Below are positions 32,383-42,993 of a stretch of DNA of 64,000 nt, piece by piece. Made by a program: the position numbers and the translations under genes. How positions within the stretch are numbered: position 1 is the first letter of the stretch; the number at the start of each line of letters is the position of its first letter. Location: contig OY970166.1 of assembly GCA_963706595.1 (NCBI GenBank), positions 32,001-96,000 on the forward strand. The letters are read 5' to 3'. The DNA is from an uncultured cyanobacterium. GTDB taxonomy: Bacteria > Cyanobacteriota > Cyanobacteriia > Cyanobacteriales > Nostocaceae. Below the pieces are notes generated by a model that was not told the DNA's origin, did not search any database, and saw only the letters and a list, made by a program, of their open reading frames with translations.

Positions 32383-33567
32383 ATGAGATCGCTATTTTTT
32401 CCCCAAACAAAATTATTTAATTTATCTATTGCATTATGCTGTGTTTTGTGCATTGCCTTCCTATGGCTGCCAGTATCGGCAAATACCACACCATCAATTG
32501 ATACTCTCAAACAACAGCAGCAACAAATTAAGCAAGAACGTGAGAAAACGATTCAGGAGCGCGATCGCCTGACTAATTTGCAAGAAGCAGCAGAAAATCG
32601 GCTAACTGGTTTAAAGCAAAACTTAGAAACTACAAATACATATATTCAAGATAGTGAGTTACGATTACGCCTAGCTACCGAACACCTGCAAGCATTAGAA
32701 GCAGATTTAGTGGTGACAGAAGGTGATTATGAGAAAAGTCGCACAGCAACTGTGGCTAGATTGCGATATCTTCAGCGATCGCCTGCTTCGCAAGGATGGG
32801 CGGTTTTGCTACAAAGCCAAAATATCAGCGATTTTATCAGCCGTCGTCGTCAACTGAAGTTAGTTTATCAGGCTGACCAAAAGATTTTAGCGAAACTCAA
32901 CGCCCAAGCCAACCTGATAAATCAGCAAAAAACGGCTGTAGAAGTGCAAAAAAACGAAATTGCTTTGATTCGTCAACAGTTATTGGTACAAAAAGCCGAT
33001 TATCAAATTCAGGCGGAATCACAGTCAGAATTAATTGTACGTTTAAATAGCGATCGCCTAGCTTTAGAAGCCGCACAAAACCAGCTTGATAGAGATTCTC
33101 AAAATTTATCAGTCTTGATTCAAAACAAAGTTGCAGAAGCGCAAGCCAAAGCCAACAGCCAGAGAAACATCCTAATTCGGGGAACTGGAATACTAGCTTT
33201 TCCCAGCAACGCCCGCACTAGCAGCGCCTTTGGGTGGCGCATACATCCGATTTTAGGATATCGTCGCTTTCATTCCGGGTTAGATTTTGCCGCCAGTTAT
33301 GGTAGTAAAATTAGAGCCGCCGATTCGGGAAACGTGATTTTTGCAGGTTGGTACGGTGGTTATGGCAGAACCGTAATTATCGATCACGGTCAAGACAAGA
33401 CTACATTGTATGCACACGCCAGCGAGTTGTTTGTTGCTGAAGGACAATCTGTAGAACGAGGACAGGCGATCGCGGCTGTCGGTTCCACAGGTTTATCTAC
33501 CGGGCCTCACCTGCATTTTGAAGTGCGTCGCAATGGTACACCCGTAAACCCTGCTGATTATTTCTAA
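32383..33567 (+). CDS. M23 peptidase / EnvC-like murein hydrolase activator
   Basis: Signal peptide, coiled coil, HSGLD and STGPHLHFE motifs. Confidence 0.92.
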   Translation: MRSLFFPQTKLFNLSIALCCVLCIAFLWLPVSANTTPSIDTLKQQQQQIKQEREKTIQERDRLTNLQEAAENRLTGLKQNLETTNTYIQDSELRLRLATEHLQALEADLVVTEGDYEKSRTATVARLRYLQRSPASQGWAVLLQSQNISDFISRRRQLKLVYQADQKILAKLNAQANLINQQKTAVEVQKNEIALIRQQLLVQKADYQIQAESQSELIVRLNSDRLALEAAQNQLDRDSQNLSVLIQNKVAEAQAKANSQRNILIRGTGILAFPSNARTSSAFGWRIHPILGYRRFHSGLDFAASYGSKIRAADSGNVIFAGWYGGYGRTVIIDHGQDKTTLYAHASELFVAEGQSVERGQAIAAVGSTGLSTGPHLHFEVRRNGTPVNPADYF

Positions 33568-33572
33568 AGTCG

Positions 33573-33581
33573 TGCTATAAT
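33573..33581 (+). promoter_or_regulatory. extended -10 promoter of tRNA-Arg
   Basis: TG-C-TATAAT, 12 nt before the tRNA. Confidence 0.7.
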
Positions 33582-33593
33582 CAGGAAATGTTA

Positions 33594-33666
33594 GGGCGCG
33601 TAGCTCAGTGGATAGAGCAACAGATTCCGGTTCTGTGGGTCGGGGGTTCAAATCCCTCCGCGCTCG
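33594..33666 (+). tRNA. tRNA-Arg(CCG)
   Basis: Acceptor GGGCGCG/CGCGCTC, D arm TAGCTCAGTGGATAGAGC, anticodon arm ACAGA-TTCCGGT-TCTGT, GGTTCAAATCC T arm; CCA not encoded. Confidence 0.97.
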
Positions 33667-33861
33667 TTTTTTTTATCAGACTAACAATAAAGCAGAAAGT
33701 TGATTTTCTCTCAATTCACCTCATTCTACCCCAGAAAGCACTACTGGGGATAAGTGGTTAATTGAGGGACTTCCTAATAAACTAATATTGCGTTAGCAAA
33801 TAACCATATATAGCCTTTACTAATCACATAAGGTACATCATAGCCCCCTCCTCGCTTGCGG

Positions 33862-35482
33862 CTATCCATTACCCACATCTTTCTTAACATGGCTGTAAAG
33901 CAGACTGTGTGGGGATGACATAGCTTCCATGAGAGGGGATGGTTGACAAACTAGACAAAACATGAAAATGAATATATCTATATTGGGATGCGATCGTTAA
34001 CCAGAAACATCAGATGGGGAGTGGGAATGGAGAAGTTTCCAGGTAGCGGCGATATCGTGTAATCGCCGTAAACCCCGCCAAATAGTTTTAACTCCCGGCT
34101 CACCATCTCCCTTGCGAGCCAGAAAGCCGCCGAGAGTGGCAATCATTCGCACCGCTTCTCGTAAAGATGGAGGTTTTTTTGGTGGGGTGGGATTTTTGTT
34201 GACAGTGGCACATAAAGATTGCCATTCATCAGTTTCTAAAACAGCATCAGAGGATAAATCAGGGTGAACTCGTGAGGAGTAAGTTAGCCATAATAAACGC
34301 CAAGCGACAACAGAATAAGTGGCTAGTGCCATATTGATGCGGTCAGCAGTGGACAATTGTAATTGTTCAATTCTACACCCACTCTTTAGAGTGTAATGAT
34401 AGCGTTCTATCAACCAACGATAGGTGTACCATTGCACACAACGCGCGGCATCTTCTAAGTTATGAATCTCAAGGCTGGTGAGCAATAACCAACTAATAGG
34501 ATTGACTCCGGGTGGTGGATGATCTTCTGATGCCAGAATTACTTGTAACTTGACAGGTTTTAGCTGTGAACGCCCGATGTGATGTAATGGGACTTGGATA
34601 TCAACACTAGTGAATCGAATTGTAAGTATCGCTTTTCTAGCACTATGTTCTGGACTGCGTTTGACCTCTGCTGTCAGTGTTCCATTGGGTTCAATTTGGC
34701 GGATTGCAAGATGTAGATATTTCGCACAATGGTCAACTTTGCGGTTGTGAGTCCCACGAATTAACAAATGGGAATTTTCTGAACGTTTGAGATTAAATAA
34801 GTCAAATATGTCTGCTTCTGAGTCACCTATTGTCACCACTTGAATCTCTGATGGGACTGAGCTTTGTGTGACTTCTAATCCATCTAACCAGCGCTGACTT
34901 TCTTTTAAAAGTGTTTCCCTTTGACGACGTTTTTTCGCTATGCCCAAATTTTCAGGTGGTCTAGCCCATACCTGCTGTTCAATAATTCCTAACGGCACTC
35001 CATTACTTGTGGCAGCAAATGTTGAATGTACTTTCAATCCTGATGATTGACGATGGTCAAGATAACCCACACCTTTAGTTTTGGGGTGGTCTGTTAAATC
35101 TATGTTTGTTGTGTCTTGAATCGCTAAGACTATTTGATGTTCTTTGATTCTTTCGATTGTGCTATTTATATGCCCTTGACGAATTTCACTGGCGGGAAAA
35201 TATGGTGATTTCCAAAAGTTATATGCCGCTTTGGTTGCTGCCATATTTCCGCTCGCTTGTGGTACGCTGCTATCCGGCTGTGCGGCTAAGTCCTCTACTA
35301 TCTTGATTAACCGCTTGTTTCGACGAAGGTCTCCTAGGTCTACCCCAGACAGTTCCTTGGCTGCCCACTTTTCCATGATTCCATTACCCGATTCTGTTCT
35401 CTCCACACTATACTTAGCAAGCTTTTTCCCTTTATATTAAGTATCTTGTTGGATTGTTAAGAAAGATGCGGGTAATGGATAG
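33862..35482 (-). mobile_element. IS4-family (IS50/Tn5-like) insertion sequence
   Basis: 28-bp TIR CTATCCATTACCC(A/G)CATCTTTCTTAACA with 1 mismatch; direct repeat CTCGCTTGCGG at 33851-33861 and 35483-35493. Confidence 0.95.
33997..35406 (-). CDS. IS4 family transposase (Tn5-like)
   Basis: LGDLRR..RL N-terminus, QDTT, GDSEAD, Y..RW.IE (YREK) and LGGFLARKGDGEPG motifs. Confidence 0.95.
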   Translation of the reverse strand: MERTESGNGIMEKWAAKELSGVDLGDLRRNKRLIKIVEDLAAQPDSSVPQASGNMAATKAAYNFWKSPYFPASEIRQGHINSTIERIKEHQIVLAIQDTTNIDLTDHPKTKGVGYLDHRQSSGLKVHSTFAATSNGVPLGIIEQQVWARPPENLGIAKKRRQRETLLKESQRWLDGLEVTQSSVPSEIQVVTIGDSEADIFDLFNLKRSENSHLLIRGTHNRKVDHCAKYLHLAIRQIEPNGTLTAEVKRSPEHSARKAILTIRFTSVDIQVPLHHIGRSQLKPVKLQVILASEDHPPPGVNPISWLLLTSLEIHNLEDAARCVQWYTYRWLIERYHYTLKSGCRIEQLQLSTADRINMALATYSVVAWRLLWLTYSSRVHPDLSSDAVLETDEWQSLCATVNKNPTPPKKPPSLREAVRMIATLGGFLARKGDGEPGVKTIWRGLRRLHDIAATWKLLHSHSPSDVSG

Positions 35483-35581
35483 CTCGCTTGCGGGGAGGGG
35501 GTTGGGGGTGGGGTTCTTGTACCTAAACAGACTAGGAAACGCTATAAGCTAACTACTTACCCTGGAAATACAGGAAAACTT

Positions 35582-36010
35582 ATGAACTCAAGCACCCATG
35601 AAAATGACTTTTATGCTTGGACAGCAGAACAAGTAAACCTATTAAAAACCCGGCAACTTGATCAAATTGATTGGCAGAATATCGCCGATGAAATAGAAGA
35701 TATGGGACGCTCAGAAAAACGACAACTAGAAAACAGATTAGAAATCTTAATTACGCACCTCTTAAAATGGCAATTTCAACCTAACTTGCGCTCTCGAAGT
35801 TGGCAATTAACCATCAAAGAGCAACGCCTACGTTTAGAAAAACTTCTCCAAAAAAACCCTAGTCTTCAACCTCATCTAACTGAAGCCATCGAAGATGTTT
35901 ATCCTCTGGCTAGCATTAGCGCCGAAAAAGAAACTGGATTATCATTATTTCCGGCAATCTGTCCTTACACCCTCACAGAGATTATATCTCCTGAATTTCT
36001 ACCAGAGTAA
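35582..36010 (+). CDS. DUF29 domain protein
   Basis: DFYAW, EIEDMGRSEK, HLLKWQFQP..RSRSW, NPSL and FP..CPY motifs. Confidence 0.92.
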   Translation: MNSSTHENDFYAWTAEQVNLLKTRQLDQIDWQNIADEIEDMGRSEKRQLENRLEILITHLLKWQFQPNLRSRSWQLTIKEQRLRLEKLLQKNPSLQPHLTEAIEDVYPLASISAEKETGLSLFPAICPYTLTEIISPEFLPE

Positions 36011-36158
36011 ATCATCAAACTATCATTTGATGTACTCTGGGAAATCCTGATGAGTGAAACAGTTTTATCAACAACGTAATGCTCAAACCTACTGGTGCGG
36101 CAAGAATAAAATATTGATAGCCAATAATTAATTATTGACCTATATTTTTCTTGATTTA

Positions 36159-37532
36159 TCACTTTTTCACTAAAAAATAGGCTGTAGCATACTCAGGTAA
36201 TTGGCGGATATGCTGCGTAAATTGTTGTCGATTCTTAAAAGTTCCGGCTAAGAAATCCAGTTGATGCAGATTTGGTAAAAATGCGCCACCTGTATCCGCC
36301 ATTACTCCCATTTGTAACTGTTTGCGCCCATTTCTAGTATGTTCAATTACTACTACTCTACCTAAGCCAATATTCAGGATGTCTCCCGCAAATGTTACCC
36401 CTGGCTTGATGGAAATTTTCGCATTTATATTATGTCCATAACCTTTGATAGCGTCTACTTCTCGAAAGTACCAGTAACGCTTTTGTGATGTGGCTTTTAA
36501 TCCCGGTACAAAAGAAATACCATTATTCCTATCCACATTGAAATATGCTTGAGTACCATCGGTAAAATTAATCAGGATTGTTCCCTGCATTAAGGCTTCT
36601 TCTAAACCAGCGCGGGTTAAATAAGCTAAAGGCTTGACTCTACCATATTCTTTACCCCCCGGTTCATAAATACCTGATAAAACATCTTGTTTTGTGTATC
36701 TCCTGTAGAATTTATCAGCAATATTGTCTTCTTTTAAACCGTAAAGTGGTACATTATAAGTAGATGTCTTGGTGTGAGAACCTGTATGCTCGAAAACAGC
36801 ATATTTGGTAATTCTGACTTGGTTCTGCTTCTGATTACTAGGATTATGGGCAGTCCATTTAATAACTCGGAAATTGTTATTAATAAAGTCTGAATTTTCT
36901 AATCGATTGGGGCGATTGTTGGCAATATCATCTTTTAATACAGTAATCATGAAATCTAAAGTTTTGATAATATCTTCTACAGTCACTCCTTGAGTACCCA
37001 GCAGCCCTTTACGAAAAATGTTTGGGTCTTCAGCCGCGTTGTCTTGAAAATATTCTCTCGTGTTTACCAGAACGCTTAATAAATCTGCTTGATTAACATT
37101 AACTTTAGTTGTGGGTAGTTTTCCCGGACTAAAAACTTTATTACCTTGAATGCTAAATTTATACTTTTGCCACTCATCAATGACTGGATAACTGACAGGT
37201 ATTGATGCTTGAGATATCTCAGATGTAGAGGTATTTTTTGGGCTGATACTTTGATGGGATAGCTGAGGGAGAATAACGGGGTTCTGGAAAATTGTAGCTA
37301 GTCTATGAACAGGTAAAATTGTCGGGAGTGAAATCTGGGATTTCGTTAAAAAAGAATTTGCTGACTGAGTAACTAATAAAGGCTTTTCAGCCTGATGTTT
37401 TGAAATTTGGGGTTGATTTTTTGACTGCGTATATAAACCACTACTAGCCGCACCCACAAGCAATAGAGTAGCAAAACCTAATGTGAAGCGGAGTTTTTGG
37501 GTTGAAAAGATATGCATAAGCTGGAAAATCAA
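36159..37532 (-). CDS. MltA-like / 3D-domain lytic transglycosylase
   Basis: N-terminal signal anchor; MQGT, C-terminal ADTGGAF...LDFLAG 3D-like motif. Confidence 0.6.
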   Translation of the reverse strand: MIFQLMHIFSTQKLRFTLGFATLLLVGAASSGLYTQSKNQPQISKHQAEKPLLVTQSANSFLTKSQISLPTILPVHRLATIFQNPVILPQLSHQSISPKNTSTSEISQASIPVSYPVIDEWQKYKFSIQGNKVFSPGKLPTTKVNVNQADLLSVLVNTREYFQDNAAEDPNIFRKGLLGTQGVTVEDIIKTLDFMITVLKDDIANNRPNRLENSDFINNNFRVIKWTAHNPSNQKQNQVRITKYAVFEHTGSHTKTSTYNVPLYGLKEDNIADKFYRRYTKQDVLSGIYEPGGKEYGRVKPLAYLTRAGLEEALMQGTILINFTDGTQAYFNVDRNNGISFVPGLKATSQKRYWYFREVDAIKGYGHNINAKISIKPGVTFAGDILNIGLGRVVVIEHTRNGRKQLQMGVMADTGGAFLPNLHQLDFLAGTFKNRQQFTQHIRQLPEYATAYFLVKK

Positions 37533-37881
37533 GTTATGATATTAAATAATAATGGCAATTTCTCGATTTTCAACTATATCAAATTGATCAGGCTGGAACT
37601 GTTGATCCAATGAGGTCATCATAGCTGTTGAATTTATCAGAGACAATGCAGCTTAAGTGTGTTTAATTATACAGAAATAATTCAATCTAGACTCTGGAAA
37701 CGTCGGACATGGCTGGAGATTATTTTGTATGATTATAATAATAGTAAAAAAATCTACATCTTCGCCTGCTAACTTAGAGCATAATATTTAATTTTGATCT
37801 AGCAACGCCTAAACTTTCTGGAGTTGCGTAAATTGCTGGTCAAGTTGAAAATAAATAGGCGAAGCACACGGGGAAACTGAC

Positions 37882-39309
37882 GTGAGTTATGGATTTGATT
37901 ACGATTTAGTGATTATCGGCGCGGGTGTAGGCGGACATGGTGCAGCCTTACACGCCGTTAGCTGTGGTTTGAAAACAGCAATTATTGAAGCTGCGGATAT
38001 GGGAGGAACCTGTGTTAATCGGGGCTGTATCCCTTCTAAGGCTTTGCTGGCAGCATCGGGACGGGTGCGGGAGTTACGTAATGCCCACCACCTGAAATCC
38101 CTGGGGATTCAAGTTGATCATGTCACATTTGACCGCCAAGCGATCGCCGATCATGCTGGCAATTTGGTATCGAAAATTCAAGGCGATTTAACTAACAGCC
38201 TCAAACGTCTGGGAGTCGATATTATCAGGGGTTGGGGCAAAATTGGCGGCACTCAAAAGGTGACAATCACCGGGGATGGTGTTGAAAAAACTGTCACAGC
38301 CAAAGATATCATTCTTTCCCCTGGTTCAGTACCCTTTGTACCACCAGGAATTGAAGTAGACGGCAAAACCGTTTTTACCAGCGACCAAGGCGTAAAATTA
38401 GAATCTTTACCAGAATGGGTAGCGATTATTGGTAGTGGTTACATCGGGTTGGAATTTTCTGATGTTTACTCGGCTTTGGGCTGTGAAATCACGATGATTG
38501 AAGCCCTAGACCAATTAATGCCAGGATTTGACCGGGATATTGCTAAACTGGCAGAACGAGTTTTAATTACTCCTCGTGATATTGAAACCAAAGTTGGCAT
38601 ATACGCGAAAAAAATTACTCCTGGTTCGCCGGTGGTGATTGAATTGGCAGATTTCAAAACCAAAGAAGATATTGATGTGATTGAAGTGGATGCTTGCTTA
38701 GTAGCCACAGGACGCATCCCCGCTACTAAAAATCTGGGTTTAGAAACTTTAGGTATAGAACTAGACCGACGAAACTTTATCCCCGTAGACGATCGCATGG
38801 CTGTGCTTTCATCTGGGGAAGTAGTACCTCATGTTTGGGCAATTGGTGACGCTAACGGCAAAATGATGTTGGCACACGCTGCTTCTGCTCAAGGTATCAT
38901 CGCCGTAGAGAATATTGTGGGGAGAAACCGTGTAGTAGACTATCGCAGCATTCCCGCCGCCGCCTTTACTCACCCAGAAGTCAGCTATGTGGGTTTAACA
39001 GAAGTAGCCGCTAAGGAATTAGCCCAAGCTGAAGGCTTTGAAATCGCCACCAGTAAAAGTTACTTCAAAGGAAATTCCAAAGCCTTAGCCGAAAACGAAT
39101 CTGACGGTATGGCGAAGGTAGTCTATCGCAAAGATACTGGTGAGGTTTTAGGTGTCCATATCTTCGGAATGCACGCCGCCGACCTAATTCACGAAGCCTC
39201 AGCTGCGATCGCCCATCGTCAATCAGTCCAAGACCTCGCCCATTTAGTCCACGCCCATCCGACACTTTCCGAAGTGTTAGATGAAGCCTATAAACGAGCC
39301 GTAGTTTAG
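37882..39309 (+). CDS. lpdA: dihydrolipoyl dehydrogenase
   Basis: [13 protein letters not shown] redox disulfide, GSGYIGLE and HAHPTLSE motifs. Confidence 0.97.
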   Translation: MSYGFDYDLVIIGAGVGGHGAALHAVSCGLKTAIIEAADMGGTCVNRGCIPSKALLAASGRVRELRNAHHLKSLGIQVDHVTFDRQAIADHAGNLVSKIQGDLTNSLKRLGVDIIRGWGKIGGTQKVTITGDGVEKTVTAKDIILSPGSVPFVPPGIEVDGKTVFTSDQGVKLESLPEWVAIIGSGYIGLEFSDVYSALGCEITMIEALDQLMPGFDRDIAKLAERVLITPRDIETKVGIYAKKITPGSPVVIELADFKTKEDIDVIEVDACLVATGRIPATKNLGLETLGIELDRRNFIPVDDRMAVLSSGEVVPHVWAIGDANGKMMLAHAASAQGIIAVENIVGRNRVVDYRSIPAAAFTHPEVSYVGLTEVAAKELAQAEGFEIATSKSYFKGNSKALAENESDGMAKVVYRKDTGEVLGVHIFGMHAADLIHEASAAIAHRQSVQDLAHLVHAHPTLSEVLDEAYKRAVV

Positions 39310-39315
39310 CCCCTT

Positions 39316-39406
39316 GTAGAGACGCGATTCATCGCGTCTCATTCATCTCATTCATCGCCTCTCATTCATCGCCTCTCATTCATCGCCTCTCATTCATCGC
39401 GTCTCA
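39316..39406. repeat. GTAG-REP palindrome followed by tandem 14-bp ATTCATCGC(C/G)TCTC copies
   Basis: GTAGAGACGCGATTCATCGCGTCTC, then about 4 tandem copies of its 3' arm. Confidence 0.8.
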
Positions 39407-39440
39407 TTCTCATCAAAAAATCACATTCCGCACTCAAATT

Positions 39441-40349
39441 ATGCAAATTCGTCGCCGTTCCACGAACACAACAATTAATGTTTCTTTTTTACGTTATCAG
39501 TCTACTTTGCCAGATGTAGAACCAAATAATATTTTGGAAGAAATTGTCTGGCATAAAGAAATTGAAATTGGCAAAATGCGGGAAAGGCGACCTTTAGCAC
39601 AATTGCAAAAACAGGCACTTGCAGCACCGCCAACTCGTGATTTTATTGCCGCCCTCAGACAAGGCAAAACCCAGCCAGCATTAATTGCTGAAGTCAAAAA
39701 AGCTTCCCCTAGTAAAGGTGTTTTACGAGAAGATTTTGACCCAGTAGAAATTGCTTCTGCATATCAAAAAGGTGGGGCTAGTTGTCTTTCTGTTTTGACA
39801 GATACTAAATTCTTTCAAGGTAGTTTTGAAAACTTATCTAAAGTCCGGGAAACCGTCGATTTACCGCTTTTGTGTAAGGATTTTATTATCTATCCTTATC
39901 AAATGTACTTAGCCCGCATTCATGGTGCAGATGCAGTTTTGCTAATTGCAGCTATTCTCAGTGATCAAGATTTACAATACTTTCTCAAAATTGCCAATGC
40001 GATGAAAATGAAGGCTTTGATTGAAGTTCATAGTTTGGCAGAACTTGACAGAGTATTAGCATTAAATGGGGAATTTATCGTCGGAATTAATAATCGTAAT
40101 TTAGAAGATTTTTCTGTTGACCTGCAAACTACCTGCGAATTATTAGCAGCACGAGGTAGTCAATTACAAGAACGGAATCTTCTAGTTGTCAGCGAGTCAG
40201 GGCTACATACTCCAGAAGATTTGCAGATAGTCCAACAAGCAGGCGCAGCGGCTGTATTAATCGGTGAATCTTTAGTTAAACAGCCTGATCCAAGTTTAGC
40301 GATCGCTCATCTATTTGCGGAATTTTCAACTCCTGAGACATCAATGTAA
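39441..40349 (+). CDS. trpC: indole-3-glycerol phosphate synthase
   Basis: [25 protein letters not shown] and VSESG motifs. Confidence 0.97.
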   Translation: MQIRRRSTNTTINVSFLRYQSTLPDVEPNNILEEIVWHKEIEIGKMRERRPLAQLQKQALAAPPTRDFIAALRQGKTQPALIAEVKKASPSKGVLREDFDPVEIASAYQKGGASCLSVLTDTKFFQGSFENLSKVRETVDLPLLCKDFIIYPYQMYLARIHGADAVLLIAAILSDQDLQYFLKIANAMKMKALIEVHSLAELDRVLALNGEFIVGINNRNLEDFSVDLQTTCELLAARGSQLQERNLLVVSESGLHTPEDLQIVQQAGAAAVLIGESLVKQPDPSLAIAHLFAEFSTPETSM

Positions 40350-40441
40350 TAAGCAAATATTAGTTTAGTGTGTAACAATTTTGGCATGAGTTCCAACTCT
40401 GACTGAGAAAACATCCCATATTTGAAATATTACATCAACTA

Positions 40442-40690
40442 ATGGAGCAAATTCCTTTACCTTCGCCTATTCACTACGAACTTTTACTGCAACTCTTAGA
40501 AAGACAAACTATGTCAGCCGTCAGTCAGAACCCTGATTTACGGAATCAAGTCAATCAACTCATTATCACTCTGCGTAAAGCAGCAGCGCAACAGAAGCAG
40601 CTAGAAAATATTTGCCAATTTTCCGCTTTGGGAGTAGATCATCGTTGGTCAATCAATCATCATGCATCCCAAGTTATCACACCTGATTGA
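40442..40690 (+). CDS. DUF5340-like small conserved protein
   Basis: PLPSPIHYELLLQLLERQT..QLIITLRKA motif. Confidence 0.78.
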   Translation: MEQIPLPSPIHYELLLQLLERQTMSAVSQNPDLRNQVNQLIITLRKAAAQQKQLENICQFSALGVDHRWSINHHASQVITPD

Positions 40691-40698
40691 CCCCTATT

Positions 40699-40758
40699 GT
40701 AGAGACGCGATTCATCGCGTCTTTCATCGCGTCTTTCATCGCGTCTTTCATCGCGTCT
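40699..40758. repeat. GTAG-REP palindrome with (TTCATCGCGTCT)x4
   Basis: Four exact 12-bp tandem copies. Confidence 0.8.
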
Positions 40759-41101
40759 CCCACTCTATAAAAAATTTGCTCACATCTTGTATTTGTACCC
40801 CGATTTGTGAGATTCTAAATAAGCTCCAATCAAGAATTCAGACAAACTGGGTAGAAAATTTGATGTCTCTTAGCCGCTAGCTAATCTCCAAAATTTTAGG
40901 TTATTTTAAATATACATAAATGGTTGCAAAAGTCAAGCTAATCATAATTTAGCTTTAATATACTTTTCCTATAGATTTCCTATAGATTTGCAGACTATAG
41001 CCAAGTATTTTGGATGTATATGCAGGTAAATCTAAGATTCATCTCCAGAATTTAACTATCCGCCTAGACTTTTAACTTTTATTTAACTTTAGGACAAACA
41101 C

Positions 41102-42256
41102 ATGGAAAATAAGTTGATGCTAATGATTCCTGGCCCCACACCAGTGCCAGAGGCGGCTTTGCTGGCATTAGCCAAGCACCCCATTGGACACCGCACCAGT
41201 CAGTTTAGCAACATCATGGCTGAGGTGACAGAAAACCTCAAATGGTTACATCAAACTCAAAATGATGTGATGATGCTGAATGTTAGCGGTACTGGTGCTG
41301 TAGAAGCGGGAATGATTAATTTTCTTTCTCCAGGCGATCGCATTCTAGTTGGCTCCAATGGTAAATTTGGAGAACGCTGGGTAGAAGTCGGCGAAGCTTA
41401 TGGTTTGAACGTCGAAGCGATTACCGCCGAATGGGGCAAACCTTTAGACACAGCGCTGTTTGCTGAAAAACTGCAAGGTGATACCGAAAAGCAAATCAAA
41501 GCCGTAATTATTACCCACAGCGAAACCTCCACAGGTGTGTTGAATGACTTAGAAGCTATCAACCGCCTTGTGAAAGAACATGGTGAAGCTTTAATTATTG
41601 TGGATGCAGTTACTAGCTTGGGTGCATTCAATTTGCCCATAGACGCTTGGGGTTTGGATGTGGTCGCTTCTGGTTCTCAGAAAGGCTACATGATTCCTCC
41701 CGGACTAGGATTTGTTTCCGTTAGCCCCAAGGCTTGGGAAGCTTACAAAACTGCGAAGTTACCCAAATATTATCTAGATTTAGGTAAATATCGCAAATCC
41801 ACAGCTAAAAATACGACTCCCTTTACTCCGCCTGTAAACTTGATTGTGGCTTTACACACCACATTAGGCATGATGAAGGCAGAAGGCTTGGAGTCAATTT
41901 TTACACGACACCAACGATTAAAAAATGCCACTCGTGCGGCTGTTAAAGGTTTGAATTTACCTTTATTTGGGTCAGATGATTATGCTAGTCCGGCGATTAC
42001 GGCTGTAGCTACACCAGGAATGGAAGCGGATAAAATTCGCTCATTGATGAATAAGCGTTTTGATATTGCCTTAGCTGGCGGTCAAGACCATCTGAAAAAC
42101 CAGATTTTCCGCATTGGTCACTTGGGTTTTGTGAGCGATCGCGATATTCTTAGCTGTATAGCCGCCCTAGAAGTTACTCTCACTGAACTTGGACACGAAA
42201 ACTTTACTCCCGGTGGTGGTGTAGCCGCAGCAGCGAAAGTCTTCACTCAGTCCTAG
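41102..42256 (+). CDS. class V PLP aminotransferase (serine-pyruvate/alanine-glyoxylate type)
   Basis: MIPGPTP, HSETSTG, DAVTSLG, SGSQKG and FRIGHLG motifs. Confidence 0.93.
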   Translation: MENKLMLMIPGPTPVPEAALLALAKHPIGHRTSQFSNIMAEVTENLKWLHQTQNDVMMLNVSGTGAVEAGMINFLSPGDRILVGSNGKFGERWVEVGEAYGLNVEAITAEWGKPLDTALFAEKLQGDTEKQIKAVIITHSETSTGVLNDLEAINRLVKEHGEALIIVDAVTSLGAFNLPIDAWGLDVVASGSQKGYMIPPGLGFVSVSPKAWEAYKTAKLPKYYLDLGKYRKSTAKNTTPFTPPVNLIVALHTTLGMMKAEGLESIFTRHQRLKNATRAAVKGLNLPLFGSDDYASPAITAVATPGMEADKIRSLMNKRFDIALAGGQDHLKNQIFRIGHLGFVSDRDILSCIAALEVTLTELGHENFTPGGGVAAAAKVFTQS

Positions 42257-42550
42257 TCAAAAGAAGCAGGGGAGCAGGGGGCAGGGAGCAAGGGGGAAAC
42301 CTGAGACGGAGCTTGTACAAGTCCCAGTAAGAGCGCCCTAGAAGGGCGGGGCTTGTACCCATGTTCCGCTCCGCTTCACAGCTACTGGGCAGGGATTTCT
42401 CCCCCTGCTCCCTGCTAGAAAGCCCCTCCGCCTCTTCGGTCAGCAAATTCTCCCCCCTAAACCCTTCGGGGATGCGCCTTCGGCGTAGTGCAAGGAGGGA
42501 TTAAGGGGGGTAAATTCAGTGCGGGACTTACGGCGTAACAGTTAAATTAT

Positions 42551-42582
42551 AAAGAGCGAGTTAAATATTTAACTCGCTCTTT
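42551..42582. terminator. perfect 32-bp palindrome, probable bidirectional terminator
   Basis: AAAGAGCGAGTTAAAT|ATTTAACTCGCTCTTT between convergent genes. Confidence 0.7.
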
Positions 42583-42801
42583 GAATGCGTATGGAAATAA
42601 GTAAAAATGGTAACAGTTAATTCTCTGGTCTATCAGCCTTCGGACAAGGCAGAACGGACATGACATACCTCAATTCTCCTGTATGGAACTCATACTTATA
42701 ATAATTAGAACAACGATTGCCACCAAAATATGATCTGGTCAAACAGATGAAATCAAGGAAAAAGCGGTATTTAAGTTTTGTTCAGAATTATACAAGCTGT
42801 A

Positions 42802-42993
42802 TTATGCCGTTTCCAGCCAGTCATAAATTTTTTCTAACTGTTCTAAAGTAATTAACCCATACTGCCACAGAATCATCGGTAGGGGACCTGGATCTTGTTC
42901 CCGATGTCGGAGGGCAACGGCAAGGGATGCCGCAGAAATTGACAAATCTTCCTGGAGAAAATGAATCAGTCGCGAATATGTTGATGGTGGCAT
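42802..42993 (-). CDS. DUF2949 domain protein
   Basis: FLQEDL...PLPMILWQYGLITLEQL..IYDWL; strong AAGGAGGTGA RBS before ATG 42993. Confidence 0.88.
   Translation of the reverse strand: MPPSTYSRLIHFLQEDLSISAASLAVALRHREQDPGPLPMILWQYGLITLEQLEKIYDWLETA

Larger units (their letters stand above)
33809..35546. repeat. MITE (TATAGC...GCTATA ends) interrupted by the IS4 element
   Basis: The halves 33809-33861 and 35483-35546 rejoin to match the copy at 7967. Confidence 0.8.

Noticed and set aside
33594..36010. Possible integrative island at tRNA-Arg
   Set aside because: No integrase and no duplicated tRNA 3' end seen; the IS4 and DUF29 are explained separately.
39316..39406. Short repeat array as a mini-CRISPR
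   Set aside because: Contiguous 14-bp units without spacers.
40662..40880. 72-aa ORF with RVFH repeats
   Set aside because: Translation of the 12-bp tandem repeat; overlaps the DUF5340 end.
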